A stretch of DNA of 64,000 nucleotides from Paraphysomonas bandaiensis (taxonomy: Eukaryota > Protista > Chrysophyceae). Made by a program: the position numbers and the translations under genes. Of the stretch, positions 12,382 through 24,861 are shown in pieces. Numbering within the stretch: position 1 is the stretch's first letter; each line of letters begins with the position of its first letter. The stretch covers positions 151,531 to 215,530 of the forward strand of contig CBFFRP010000399.1 of the NCBI GenBank assembly GCA_965644295.1. Reading direction: 5' to 3'. The notes below the pieces were generated by a model. It saw only the letters and a program-made list of their open reading frames with translations, made no database searches and was not told the DNA's origin.

Positions 12382-15300
12382 ATGTCGAGTTTTGTATTAT
12401 TCATACTCTCATATCTCACTATCAGTGTATATTCTACACAAGATATATTCAATCCATCTATTGGTGAATTAGTATCAGATGCAGAGCATCGAGTGTCTAT
12501 TGTTCGACAAGATGAGGATTGTCCGGACCCTCTTAGCTGTTGGCTAGAGAGTTTAACGTTTAAGATCCCAGATGTTTGCTTTATGGTTGAAAATGTTGAG
12601 TGTTGCATAACAGATTTTGTGTGCACTGGAATTGAAATTTCGGGCATAGATTCCAGTTACATATACCCGACAACGCTGTCTATGGAGCTCGAGGGACTCG
12701 GAACTCCCTGCAAAGGAGAGTGGAGTTATGGTAAATTCGGTGGCAGTATATCAGCGGTTATCTCCAATACAGATATTGCGACAACGACAGTAGTAGGAAA
12801 AGAAGATATCTATCCGGTTTCTTTGGAGTTTACCACCTGCACTGTTCCTAGCATAGATATCGAGCTAAAATTTAGTGGAGGTCTTGTGGGGGTAATATTG
12901 CAACTCATTTCCAATAAAGTGGAAGAGGGATTGGAGAAGGCTGTATACACTGTCGTATGTGAGGTTGGAGAGCCCCTCATTGCAAATAAAACTACTGAAG
13001 CTTTGGTGCACACAATTGACCCTGCCCTAGCCGAGATGGTATCACATGGCCCCACCCCACCACCAGAACTCCCTGCGAACACATACATTGATTGGAGTAC
13101 CTCCTTACCTGGTCTCATGGAGAATATTGAGGAAAAGCATGCAAACGATTACCTGAACAAGTTGGTTGACTCAATTACGAATGGAACTGGTTCCTTTCAT
13201 ATTGATCTTCACAACACGTCTCTCACGTTTCCTGTTGTTGACCCTACTTCTGGCCCGCTAGGCAATATAACTCTGACACTGCATTACCTCGATATTTCAG
13301 GTCTAGACTCGTTTTATGATATCTCCCTGTTGACTCCGTCTCCACCCTCTCCGTCCTATTCCCCGTATTCTGTGTGGTCTGCATTCTCTTTACACTCCTT
13401 CAGTATTTCTCTCGGCGTTACTGTGGACGTGGTTCTTGATCAGGGAGCACTCAGCGGTGGAGAGCTGAGGGAGACGTTTGCTCTTGACCTCGTTCTGTCC
13501 AACAGCACAATAGGAGTGGACCTGTTACTGCCTGTAAACATTGAGAGACTAGGGGAACTGTATCTGGATCAGATTGCCGATCTTTCTTGTTTACTTTCCA
13601 CGGCCGATTACCTAAGCGTTACATCTCTCATTCTGGACACTCACATAGATAGTATGACTCTGGTGCAGAAAGATGCTACAGAAGACTCCCTCGAGAAAGA
13701 TATTGATGATCTCATTAATAATATTGTCGAATTAGGCGTGGAAGGTTTTCCGGAGTTGCTGACAGACCTTATATCGGGAGTTGCTCAAGGACCTGTGAAG
13801 TCATTGTTAAACAATAAACTGTCCGAGTTGCTAGTGTCTGCAGGAGACAATTGCATTCCACATAAGGAGACAGATGATGATGAGTCTGACTGGATTGTAT
13901 GGTCTGATAGCATTGTTGTGCAGGGGTTGGACTACCTTCTGAACAGTATGATTGGGCCAAGTGGTGTGAATAGCATCGTCGATGCTGCTACCGATGGTAC
14001 AGGTTCAGTCACAGTTCCCCTCTCTGCTGCTGATTTTGCTCTCACTGTTTTTGGTTTGGACTCCTTCTTCGATTTCACGATCCTAAAACCCTCATCGGAC
14101 CCAAACAGTCCGTACACCTTGGATTCATCTGTGGGGCTGGGTTACTGTGAGGGACAGGATAGAACCCAAATCTGTACACCTGTGGGCATATCTCTTGTGA
14201 GTGACTCGGATGCAGCACAGAGCCCGTCCAGTGCAAGTCTCACCGCCAGTTTCTTTAATTTCATGTTTTCCACGTCTATCCTCACGAAATTTGATCTTAA
14301 TGCCGTTAAAGAGCTTCGTGTGGCTGATTTGTTCATCTTCAGTGGAAACCACTCGGGATGCTTTTTATCGTCATTTGATGAGATAGCGATAGAGTCCCTT
14401 GATATGAGTATCACGCAAGCGGAGCTGACAAAAGGGCCGTTGGTGTCTAAAGACATCACCAGTGGTGTGGAGCAGTTGTTGAATAAAATCACAGGAGAGG
14501 AGTCTATCGCGGCCATCAATGCTGCGTTGGTCAATTTGATAGCGGAGTCTGCAGAAGCATGTGAATCTGGTTCGTGGCCCCCTCTTCCGGGCGATGACGA
14601 CAGTCCATCGCCTGCTGATGACTGCGACGGCCCTGTGCAATGTGCGCTCAACAGTATTGTAATTGGACCTTTGGATGACCTCTGTTTTGATATAAAGGAT
14701 AGTGAACTCGAAATATGTATTAAGGCCTTTAGCTGCTATGATATTGACTTGGTAGGGTTGGAGTCTGGGAATCCCGACCCTCAGACGATTCTCCTTGGGG
14801 TCGAGGAGTTTGCAATAACCTGTGGGGCTGATTGGAACATCTCCGCCTCCTTGTCTAAAGACGACGCCTCAAATGTTGGTGGACACTCGCTATCGTACGA
14901 AGGGTCTGTCAGCATTGCGATGACTGACTTTACAGGGTCAGTGGAAGCTGCCTTTGGAGCCAGCAGTGTGTCGGAGGAGTATCCCCCTATGCCGGCGTCG
15001 GTGAAACTGCAAGAATGTAAGACGAGTGGGACGCAATTTGATATTAAATTCGCTGGTGGTGTATTGGGAACAATCCTGGATAAAGCAGTAGCTCCTCCTT
15101 TGGAAGATGCGTTGGAGAGTGCTGTTTACTGGGCTTTGTGCGATCTGTTGAACCCTTTTCTCAGCAGGGTGATGACAAGAGTTCTTAAGACTCGTGTGGA
15201 TCCCGCTATTGAGGATGTAATTGACATGCGAGCCCCTCCTGCACCAGTTGTTATGCCAGGCTACCTTAACTGGAATGAAACAATTCTGAACACTGTCCAC

Positions 15301-18300
15301 AACATTATATCAGGAATTCAAGTCAATGAAGGGAAGGTAATCCAATGCATGCTGGACGCAGAGAACCCCCCAGTTGATGGGTACAACATCAATACACTGA
15401 TCGATTTCATGACAGACGGATCTGGAGAGTTTGTGATTAGCATCGACTCCACTGTACCTATCGGTAGCGCAACTCTTACTTTTGAGACATTGACGATATC
15501 TGGACTTGACACATTCGGCGACATATTTTTATTGGATCCTTCGCCTGATTCTGGAGTTACGTTGTCTTCATCAATCGAGCTGGCCTCTATGGATCTCCAA
15601 CTGGCAGTTCTCCTTGAAGAAGCCGAGGAGGGCTATAAACAAGAGGCAGTTGTCGACCTTCGCCTGTCAAATGCTACTCTAGCTTTCGATATGGTCGCTG
15701 CTCTACGGCTCTCAATTCTGAATAACTTGTACAGTGATCAGATCTTGCATCTACCTTGCATCATGTCGGCACTAGATGAGCTATATATCTCCTCGCTTGT
15801 GCTCTCAATGAATGTTGAGAATCTATCTGTGCAGCAGGTCTCTGGTGGAAATGCAACATCACTTGAACTGGAAACCGCGGAGCTGGTCGACAGTTTGTTT
15901 CGTTTGTTGCTGTCTGGATATCCTGAAATGGTTACAGAAATGATTGAGGGCATCGCTCAGGGGCCTGTGAAGGAGAAAATCAATGAGAAGTTGCTTGCCA
16001 TGATGCAGGCATATGACCTTAACAACGCTGACGCGTGTCCCCATCACGGGAACTATAGTGGCGTAGACTGGATCGTCTGGAGTGAAAGTACCCTCATAGA
16101 GAAGGTCGACACACTGTTGAATACCCTTCTTGGGTCTGATGGCGTCAACAAGTTAATGAATTGCATCACTGACGGAACTGGCAATGTGGTTGTACAAATT
16201 CCCACAGATGCCCCTCTCTTAGCTGGTTGGAAAATTACTCTCGGTGGCTTGAATTCTTTTTCAGACTTCGCATTGGTGTATCCTGTGGAGGGTGAGCCCT
16301 ATGATCTTGGCAACTTGCTGGGGTTGGGCGATTGTAATTCTGCAAGTGACTGCAATTCTTTTCTGCTTGCGATGGAGGGTGATCACATGGACCGGCATAT
16401 AAGCATCAAGCTAACGATGGATAATCTTTTGCTATATCTGGACATGCTCACGGAGGTGGATATGACGGAGTTTATGAATTTACAGTGGGCAGAGTTTCAT
16501 ACTCAAGGGTGTATGATGACCACTGTAGACGCACTCTCTATATACGACCTAGGTCTTGGGGTGTCTGACGTCGAGTTGTATTTCAACAATGGTGCTGGAG
16601 AAGTAAATCTTACTGCTATGGTGAAGTCACTTTTAGACAAACTGACTGAACCAGAAACTCTCGCCACTTTCAATGGAAAAATTACAGAGAGCTTGAGCAC
16701 ATCCGATGAAGTGTGTGCGGGGACGTACGAACCCACTGTAGACGGATCGAACTCTTCTGACTCCCACAATGCTTGGCGATGGCAGCTTGCTGTACTCATA
16801 TCTGGGTGCATTGTTGCACTTTTTCTGTTGGTCTGGATATACTTTAACTACGGTGTGGCCGGTATGAGCAAGACCTGTATGGTCGATTCCAAGGGCGTTC
16901 CATATGACGGTGTTGGGGAAGAAGCGGCGAGTCAATATTCTGCGTGGGATTGGGAAGAGGAGGCCTACCCTGTGGGGCAAAATGTGTGTCTCAGTAATGC
17001 GTGGATAGAGTCTTGGCTTGGGTGGCTTTTCGGTTATGAGGAGGGTGAATTTGTATATGATGCTCTCATTGCTCAGGACAGTATCTATGCATCTGTCCGT
17101 ATCCTCATTCCGCTAGCCATACTCGGCAATATTGCTCTCTTTATATCCGGAAATATTGCTGTTGGCGCCACTGTCCTGGCTGAGGTGGATGTAGGCAACC
17201 AGGTTATCAAGCCAGATCCCATATTTGAATTCGGTCTCGGTAACACCGTCAGAGATATGTAAGTATATATGTGATGTTTTTTCGTCCCTTTATTTTGTGT
17301 TAGGTGGGATGCCAAAGTATACCCGCTATCAATGTTGATTGCTTTTTTCTCTGGAGCATGGCCATATATTAAGCTCGTGGTCATGCTTTTCTCGTGGGTA
17401 CTGCCGACATCGTTGCTTCCTCTTCCCAGGCGCGACAGTGCTCTTATATGGCTGGATATCCTAGGAAAGTGGTCACTCATTGATACGTACGTTATGGTTC
17501 TGATGGTACGAGCATTGTGTATGCTGCTTCTCTTCTAATTTTTTTGTAGATGGTCGCTTTTCAGTTTACACTCGAAGTTGCACCAGGGATAAAGGTCATA
17601 GTTATTGTTGAGCCCAATTGGGGTTTCTATGCTTTCCTACTTGCAACGATGTGCAGCTTAGGACTCGGACATCTTGTTTTAGCATGTCACAGACTTATCG
17701 CAGAGACTAAAATTCCGCCATATGAACTTAAGACTGAATCTTTGATGAATCACACATTTACCACGGAGCTTCGTTGCAGTGCCACGGGCTCATCTTTTTC
17801 CACTGTGGATTCTGGTGATGATGCTTCAAAGAAGTACGTATGGAAGACTCATCAGGTGTCGGTAACCACGGCGGGTAAAGTAACGATGGTCGTTGTGCTG
17901 CTATTTTTAGCCCTGTCTGTAATTGCGGGGACTTTCGTGAAGACTTTCAATTTTGAATTTAAGGGCCTCACGGGGTACTTAATGGGTGATGGAGCTGTCG
18001 ATCCCTACAGCTTGGTAACCGTTGGCACTACACTCCCAAGCGCATCTGGATCACCCCACGATTTTGGTGTTCGATGGATTCAAGCTGCTTACTTTGCTTT
18101 CGGTCTTGGTATGCCCCTTGCTTTCTGTGCCGCCCTCCTCGCTCTGTGGGTGACTCCGTTGACCTTGAAATTCCAGAAGGGATTCGTTGTCCTCACAGAA
18201 GTGTTAAACGCTTGGAACGCACTGGATGTGTTTGTTGTGTCCATAATAGCAGCATTGGTACGTATTGACGTTGTGGTGTTGTATACTGATCTCTTACGTA

Positions 18301-19002
18301 ATTCTTTCAGTTGGAGATTCAACAATTCGCTGCCTTTTTGGTGGGTGACAACTGTGACACTATCAATGAGATCCTAGAAGAATATATGGACGATGAGTTA
18401 GACGGTGACGATAAGTGCTTCGATGTGGTGGCTACTCTGAAACCTGTAAGTGTAGTGGAAACTCATGTGTGTAAATATCTTATATATTAATGCATTAGCA
18501 ATCATGGATGTTGTACCTGGCTGCATCCTGTCTTGTCATAGTCGGGCTTCCAATGATGGGTCTCTGCCATAACGTGGTTGCTGAACGTATGGATGAGTAT
18601 GAGAGCAGGAAGGAGGACGCCGATATGGGATCCTGTCATGAGAGGAGCACGTCAATGTCAGCATCTCGCGTGCCACGGCTGTTTTCCTCTGCAGAAGAAA
18701 GAGCTGCACTTGAGGCTGAAGAAAGCGGGTATAATGCACTATCTGGTGGCGAAAGTCCTGCATATTCTGAAGGCAGAGACCGCATACTGACTGTAGACTT
18801 GGAACCCACAGATCCTGCATTGGAGGAGGATAGAGGGGCTCTTAGTTCCTCGGCTCTGGACTTATCTGGACGCAATAGAGCGTCCGAGGACTTGGCCTCG
18901 GAGGATGATGGAGAGGATAAAACACCCTGGACTAAGTGTGTGATGTCTACTTTTATCCACTCATGCCATAGGGTGGGACTTGTCTCATTCGGTGACGAAT
19001 AA
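12382..19002 (+). CDS. Large membrane protein: signal peptide, repeated BPI/LBP-like ectodomain and C-terminal PqiA-like (two-half) multi-pass domain; paralog 1
   Basis: 1626-codon first exon followed by four short introns. PqiA-like motifs: VRDMWDAKVYPLSMLIAFFSGAWPYIKL, WLDILGKWSLIDTYVMVL and EVLNAWNALDVFVVSIIAAL. The ectodomain is an internal duplication of about 700 aa. Confidence 0.8.
12769..16310 (+). repeat. Arm 1 of a roughly 3.5 kb near-identical inverted repeat (partner 36609..40150)
   Basis: Colinear without indels: position x pairs with 52919-x (checked at 12769/40150, 16201/36718 and 16310/36609). Confidence 0.95.
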
Positions 19003-20025
19003 ACCATGTGCGTGTTTAGTGTCGAAGCAGTTTCCCTGTTAAATTACCGTTGTTTTATCAATATCACGGTCATCACGGGTCAAAAGTGAATGGTGTATAA
19101 TTGTGTGATAGTGACATCTGCGTACTCGCTTTCGTTTGTTGCAGTTTGCGAAAGGTTTATTGCTATTGTCCCTATCATTCGATTGTTGTTGAGGTGCGAT
19201 TAACTTTATCATGTTCTAGTTATAATAAGTATACGGTTTCGAGATGTCTGTAATTTCTTATCACTAAGAGCTACGTAATCACAGTGTCGCTATAGAGCTA
19301 GTTATATATTACAGTGTGCGTAATGGTTGACAATATGATATTGCGGATGCTTACTGCCTTGGTCCTGCTGATATTCTGTAGCCTATTTTCAGTTATTGTG
19401 TAGTCCGTGCTCTGTGCGTCCTATTCTTTAATCATGATTGCATTCTGAATTCTGATACTTCATGTTGGAAAGAAAAATATCAAGCAGTAAATTTTCCTTC
19501 TCATGTGCAATAGATATACTATACTGGATACAGGATACTGGTAATAATTAATTAAAGAAGAGTTGTGATCTAAAAGCTAAAAGGTAGATGTTATCTATTA
19601 GACATTCTTCTCACCTTCCCACGACGCACCGCGTTGTATTATATCTTTCCATGTTACTTGGTGCTTTCTTGTATATTGTATACAACTTGCAATTCAATTT
19701 ATTGTTACGCAACCCTGTATACTACGCAATTACTGCAGTTCTAAACATATATATAAAGATTAAAATAATTATTCTGCGTAAGAGGTGAAGCTATTGCAGA
19801 TTGCAACTCATATGAAAGCACAATAGCGGATAGCAGAGATATGAGAAGCATCGTCAACAAGAAATTGATATAATTTATTACAACTGCCAGAGATCAATAT
19901 TGATATAATTATTGTATATTAAGAACCGCCTCGAAAGCTTATATATCCGATAACAAATCAGAGGCATGTGTAACAGATGAGGAATTCTTTATAAGAACAG
20001 TTACGTCGACTACCCATTTATCCAT

Positions 20026-20823
20026 TTATATAACATACACAGAACCATCCGCAAGCATCAACTTATTGTCATCCTCTAGAAATAGAAGTGCTTCTTCTAC
20101 ATAGGCGGGCGTGCAATTTGGAATCAAGTCACAAAAAAATGTTTCCAAATCAGCGACCGAATATGCTTCATCTGCAGCACATGAACACTGGCGAGTTGCC
20201 GCCTTAAAATTCTCAACGACAACTTGCGCAATATCTGATAGGGTTGAAGAGGTAGCCGGGCCAGCGCACGCAGAATCCGTTTCTGCGTGTGAAATTGAGT
20301 CTGAGAATGTGTCGACCTCAGGAAAAGATACATCTTTCTCCAAAGCTATTGCGGGGACAGGTAACTCTAAAGGACTACAATCAACTTTCTCTGTAGGTTG
20401 TCGCGCAGGTTTAGGGGTCCGTTCAGAGACAACCTTAGCTTTTTTCTTCACACGTGTACATGTTACAACTTCAGGTTGAAGTCTACTGGTAGGACGTCGA
20501 CTCCTCTCTGGCTTCTCATCCATATCCTCCTTAAGAGAGATATACTGAGGCTCAATACTATCTTCCTTTCCACCCAACACATACGATACTGAGTATGTAT
20601 TACTGTTCTTATCAATGCTCTTTATGAACCCCGTCCCACCCAATTTATTTATCCCTGTATAACACACATATCATATACATATATATGTAACTATACATGG
20701 ATGTATGTATGTATGTATGTATGTATGAGGTCACTTACCCGGCCATGTCCTTGCCTCAACTACAACAAGATCACCCACTGAGAACATAGAAGGGGAGTTA
20801 CCGTATATGTTCTCCACATCCAT
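20026..20823 (-). CDS. Hypothetical protein: N-terminal Tudor/SH3-like beta domain, C-terminal winged-helix-like segment
   Basis: Exon 20823-20739, an 84-bp intron and exon 20654-20026 give MDVENIYGNSPSMFSVGDLVVVEARTWPGINKLGGTGFIKSI...YSVSYVLGGKE. C-terminus is EEALLFLEDDNKLMLADGSVYVI. Confidence 0.65.
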
Positions 20824-20967
20824 GTTATGGTAGATATGTATGTACCTTAAGAGATGCTGTGATCAAGAGATGAGCGAGATTAATGTATGTAGAAATACAC
20901 TGCATCTACATCTCCGGTATACGGAATCATACCAAGAATTTGAAAATACTGACCCGTTAAGCACTCT

Positions 20968-21526
20968 GTATGTGTGTATGTATGTATGTATGTATGTATG
21001 TAGGTATGTATGTAGGTAGGTAGGTAGGTACGTATGTATGTATGTATGTATGTATGTATGTATGTATGTATGTATGTATGTATGTATGTATGTATGTATG
21101 TATGTATGTATGTATGTATGTAGGTATGTATGTATGTATGTATGTATGTACATGTATGTATGTATGTATGTATGTATGTATGTATGTATGTATGTATGTA
21201 TGTATGTATGTATGTATGTATGTATGTATGTATGTATGTATGTATGTATGTATGTATGTATGTATGTATGTATGTATGTATGTATGTATGTATGTATGTA
21301 TGTATGTATGTATGTATGTATGTATGTATGTATGTATGTATGTATGTATGTATGTATGTATGTATGTATGTATGTATGTATGTATGTATGTATGTATGTA
21401 TGTATGTATGTATGTATGTATGTATGTATGTATGTATGTATGTATGTATGTATGTATGTATGTATGTATGTATGTATGTATGTATGTATGTATGTATGTA
21501 TGTATGTATGTATGTATGTATGTATG
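20968..21526 (+). repeat. (TATG)n microsatellite, about 560 bp, with a few TAGG/TACG/TACA variant units
   Basis: Read directly; occupies most of a divergent intergenic region. Confidence 0.97.
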
Positions 21527-21573
21527 TGCATATGCCTCTTAAGTGGCTATAGAACTTCATTCAACACACTCTA

Positions 21574-22948
21574 ATGTCATCTACTATTCTTCGCACTGGA
21601 ATTATCCTCCTATTCACTGCTATCCTCATTTACCGGTTAGCATCTAATCCCTCATTAGCTACATTCGGCTATATAGCTGTATCATGGGCGCTGGACTATG
21701 ACAGGGATCAGCCCACTATACAAAACTATGACGGACAAATAGAAGATCATATATTTAAACATCGTTTTATTCCAATTAATCAAACATATCATGGTCTCCC
21801 TGTAGAAGCAACATATCATGTAGTGGAATGTGGTAAAGAGGATGCTGAGCCGATTGTATTCGGACATGGACTATGTGAGAACTGGCGTGTATGGAAAAAG
21901 ATTATGACAGAGTTTTGCAGTACTCATAGGGTTGTTGCATATGATTCAGAGGGAATGGGTCAGAGTGCTTGGCCTAATGTTCTCCGCGATCTACCGAAGG
22001 GACAGTCGACAACTTTTATGGCTGATATGCAAATGGAAATGCTCAGAAAAATCGGCATTCGTCGTTTTAATTTAGTGATTACTGATTACAGTTTTTGGAC
22101 AACTCTCTCAATGCTAAGTGATTTTGGTGACACTATATTACGGTATGGTAAGCTGCAATCGGTACGTGTAATTTACTTGTATTGTTACTGTCTGACGTAT
22201 GAACCAGACGGTTGGTGTTGAAGATGTGAACAGAATCCCGCAAGGCAAATTGATGAAAGCAATTCCTCGCACAATGGACTTCATAACGAATTTGAATAAG
22301 TTTGCTTTGGCGCGAGTACTATTCGGTAAGCCGTTGTTGCAGTGGCCAGCTGTAGTGGGGAACCGGAGAAATGCCCGAGAGATTCCTGACAGCGAGTTCA
22401 ATGAGGTCATCCTCAGTGGTCTCCGAGAAAACGGTCTCACTGCATGGGTGTACTTCTACAATTATGGACGGGATATGTGTGCGCAGATGGACTACCAGAT
22501 TGATGTCTTCAGACAGGCCCGCTATCCTGTACTTATTCTCCAAGGTGACTCCGATAGAGGACAGGTGAACCCCTTCGTGTCATGTCGTCTACTCTTATTC
22601 CTTCGTCTATTTTGTAGCCCAAAGAGCTTTTTGATGGTACTGCAGCCATGGAAATCGTAGAGCGTCCAGCTGTATCGATGAGGGAGAAGATGTCACGGTA
22701 CAATCACACTCACGTAACTGTTACCACGTATTCTGGAGACGGGAGTGTGATTGGCCCTAAAGCGGATGAGTTTTTCCCGAACAGGTTAGTATCAAGTTCA
22801 TTTGCAATCACCATGCTAATTTTTTTTGCGTAGTCCTTGGAAAAAATTGCGCATGCTGGAGGGAATAGGACACTTTCCTCATATGGAAGCTCCTGATGTT
22901 GTTGTCAGTTCGCTGAAAGAGCTCTTTGATGTTCCATTATCCGAATAA
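21574..22948 (+). CDS. Alpha/beta-fold hydrolase (epoxide hydrolase/dehalogenase-like), N-terminal signal or anchor
   Basis: PIVFGHGLCENWRVW, HRVVAYDSEGMGQS, elbow LVITDYS, PVLILQGDSD and catalytic-His region GIGHFPHMEAPDVV; three GT-AG introns; TAA at 22946-22948. Confidence 0.85.
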
Positions 22949-23778
22949 GATTCCTTGGGCATATTAGATACCAGAATAACAGCTGTTATATATTCTTTTG
23001 AGGGTTTAAACATGCTACATAGTAGTATATAGAATACCTTACGAACTTGCAACACTATGTGATTGCAATTTTCCATGGTGGAATTTAGTCTAGACACTGT
23101 GCTAGTGCTCGCTAATGCAATATCCATTTTTCTTTGCCTCGTTTTATGCATATTGGGAAGTTCACTGCCACTATACGCTCTTAGTTTATTAATTCATGTA
23201 GTATTTGTACGTCTACATGTCACCTATAGGCTGAAAAACAGACGTGGTGATTTTATGTGGAATAATGCTTTAACAGAACTAAGAAATAGATATCCAGACA
23301 ACAAAATAATAAAGATGTTGGGAAGTAAATTATAGGGATGTTTAAGTAAGTCAAATGTAATAAAAGAACACTTCACGTAATCAACGACAAAGTTAGATTT
23401 AAGAAACGGTAAGTACAGATTGGCGAAGAATACTTTGATTAAGTCAACAATATATAAAGTATACAGGGCTACAATAGACAATAGAATATTAATGGTAAAA
23501 TATTAATGTTATTTTTTGTCAAAGTGGCAGAGCAAGTTGCACAACAACTAGGAAGATCTGCGTTTTGCTATCATATCAGACATTCATCGTAACGCGTGAA
23601 CTCTTACCAAAATACAATAGCATTTTAGTATACCATAAAAAATCTTGCTATCGAAGCGTTGATTCATTCAGCCACAGAATTGAGATCATAAAACAATTTA
23701 TTAATTACTAGGTAGTAGAAGTCAATCCCATTCAAGCTAGTATAACATCTATTACTCGAAAATACCACATCAAGCATT

Positions 23779-24861
23779 TCACTTCTTGAAATCTGTTTTC
23801 AGCAAAGGGATATGGTCTTCATTGGTTTTTGAAGTAGGCTTCTCTTGTGAACGCATGGGTGCTTGCTGGTAGAACATACCAGCCAATAGGCATACACACA
23901 CAGCTAAAATACCACTGGGTGTGGAATGCTTGTCCCACATTATGACATTCAAAAGAACTGTGATAAATTTGTTCACGACTCCTACCAGGGTATAGGTTGT
24001 TGCGCTGACCATGCCTCTACACAACCAGCCAGTGTACCTGCACATCAATTTTTACAGTCAATAGATAGATAGATAGCAAAAGCATACCCAATCATGGTTC
24101 CAGCAAAGCACGAGAATAGAAGAATGGCCCATCCATTTGCAGGCATCTCTGCAATACTAATAGATACATCTTCAAACTCCCCTGATGCGTAACCCAGCGC
24201 AAACATAGGAACAAGAGCAAGAATATTGCAGTATAACACTGGACCCCATACTGAGTCCATCTTAACGGACGAGGTAAGTTTCTTTCCGTATGTCATTTCA
24301 AAGGTGATAAGGAAGAAGTAGAGGATGACCCAGTAGTAGGCCTCGATCCCGCGAAGGGCCAGCTCGGAGTCCGTAACACAATAGAACACAGCTCCACAAG
24401 CAACCACCAACAAAGCCATCGTTGAGCGATACGTTGGCCAGGAACGACCCATGAAAAGGTACTCAACTATAGTTACTGCGAGAGGTGAACATGATCTGAA
24501 GACAATAACAGTTTCCACGTTCGAATGCGACAGTGCTTTCATGTTCGCAAATATTGCTGCCACGAAAGCAAGAATATAAAGAGCATATGGTCGTACTTTA
24601 TCCCATTCAATATCATCAACTTTAACCCCAGCAAACTTAATTCCCAAAACAAACACTGTTGTCGACACTAATTGAATAAAACTTACAACTGATGGCCGGG
24701 GAATATAGAGCATAGCAGCTTTATTCGCTAACAAGAGTGTAGAGGAACATAAGGAATATCCAGCTATTGCCATAATGACCTATAAATATCTATGAAATAC
24801 ACTCATGGGATAGGTTAGTATGTACCTGAGAGGATGATGATGTGGATTCAAGTTTTTGCAT
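23779..24861 (-). CDS. Golgi GDP-sugar (GDP-mannose/GDP-fucose) transporter, GONST/VRG4-like
   Basis: YSLCSSTLLLANK, NMKALSHSNVETVIVFRS, SATTYTLVGVVNK (GX[L/V]NK GDP-binding motif); about 10 TM segments; two introns. Confidence 0.88.

Noticed and set aside
12769-16310. Collapsed or duplicated assembly artefact as the explanation of the inverted repeat
   Set aside because: The arms differ by scattered substitutions and each joins in frame to its own divergent flanks. Not fully excluded without reads.
12810-17480. Many 60-170 aa antisense ORFs, mirrored at 36872..40193
   Set aside because: Shadows of the long real ORFs; their duplication just reflects the inverted repeat.
23063-23335. 90-aa hydrophobic ORF downstream of the hydrolase
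   Set aside because: Could be a small membrane protein, but there is no recognisable family, little promoter space and an AT-rich context; unsupported.
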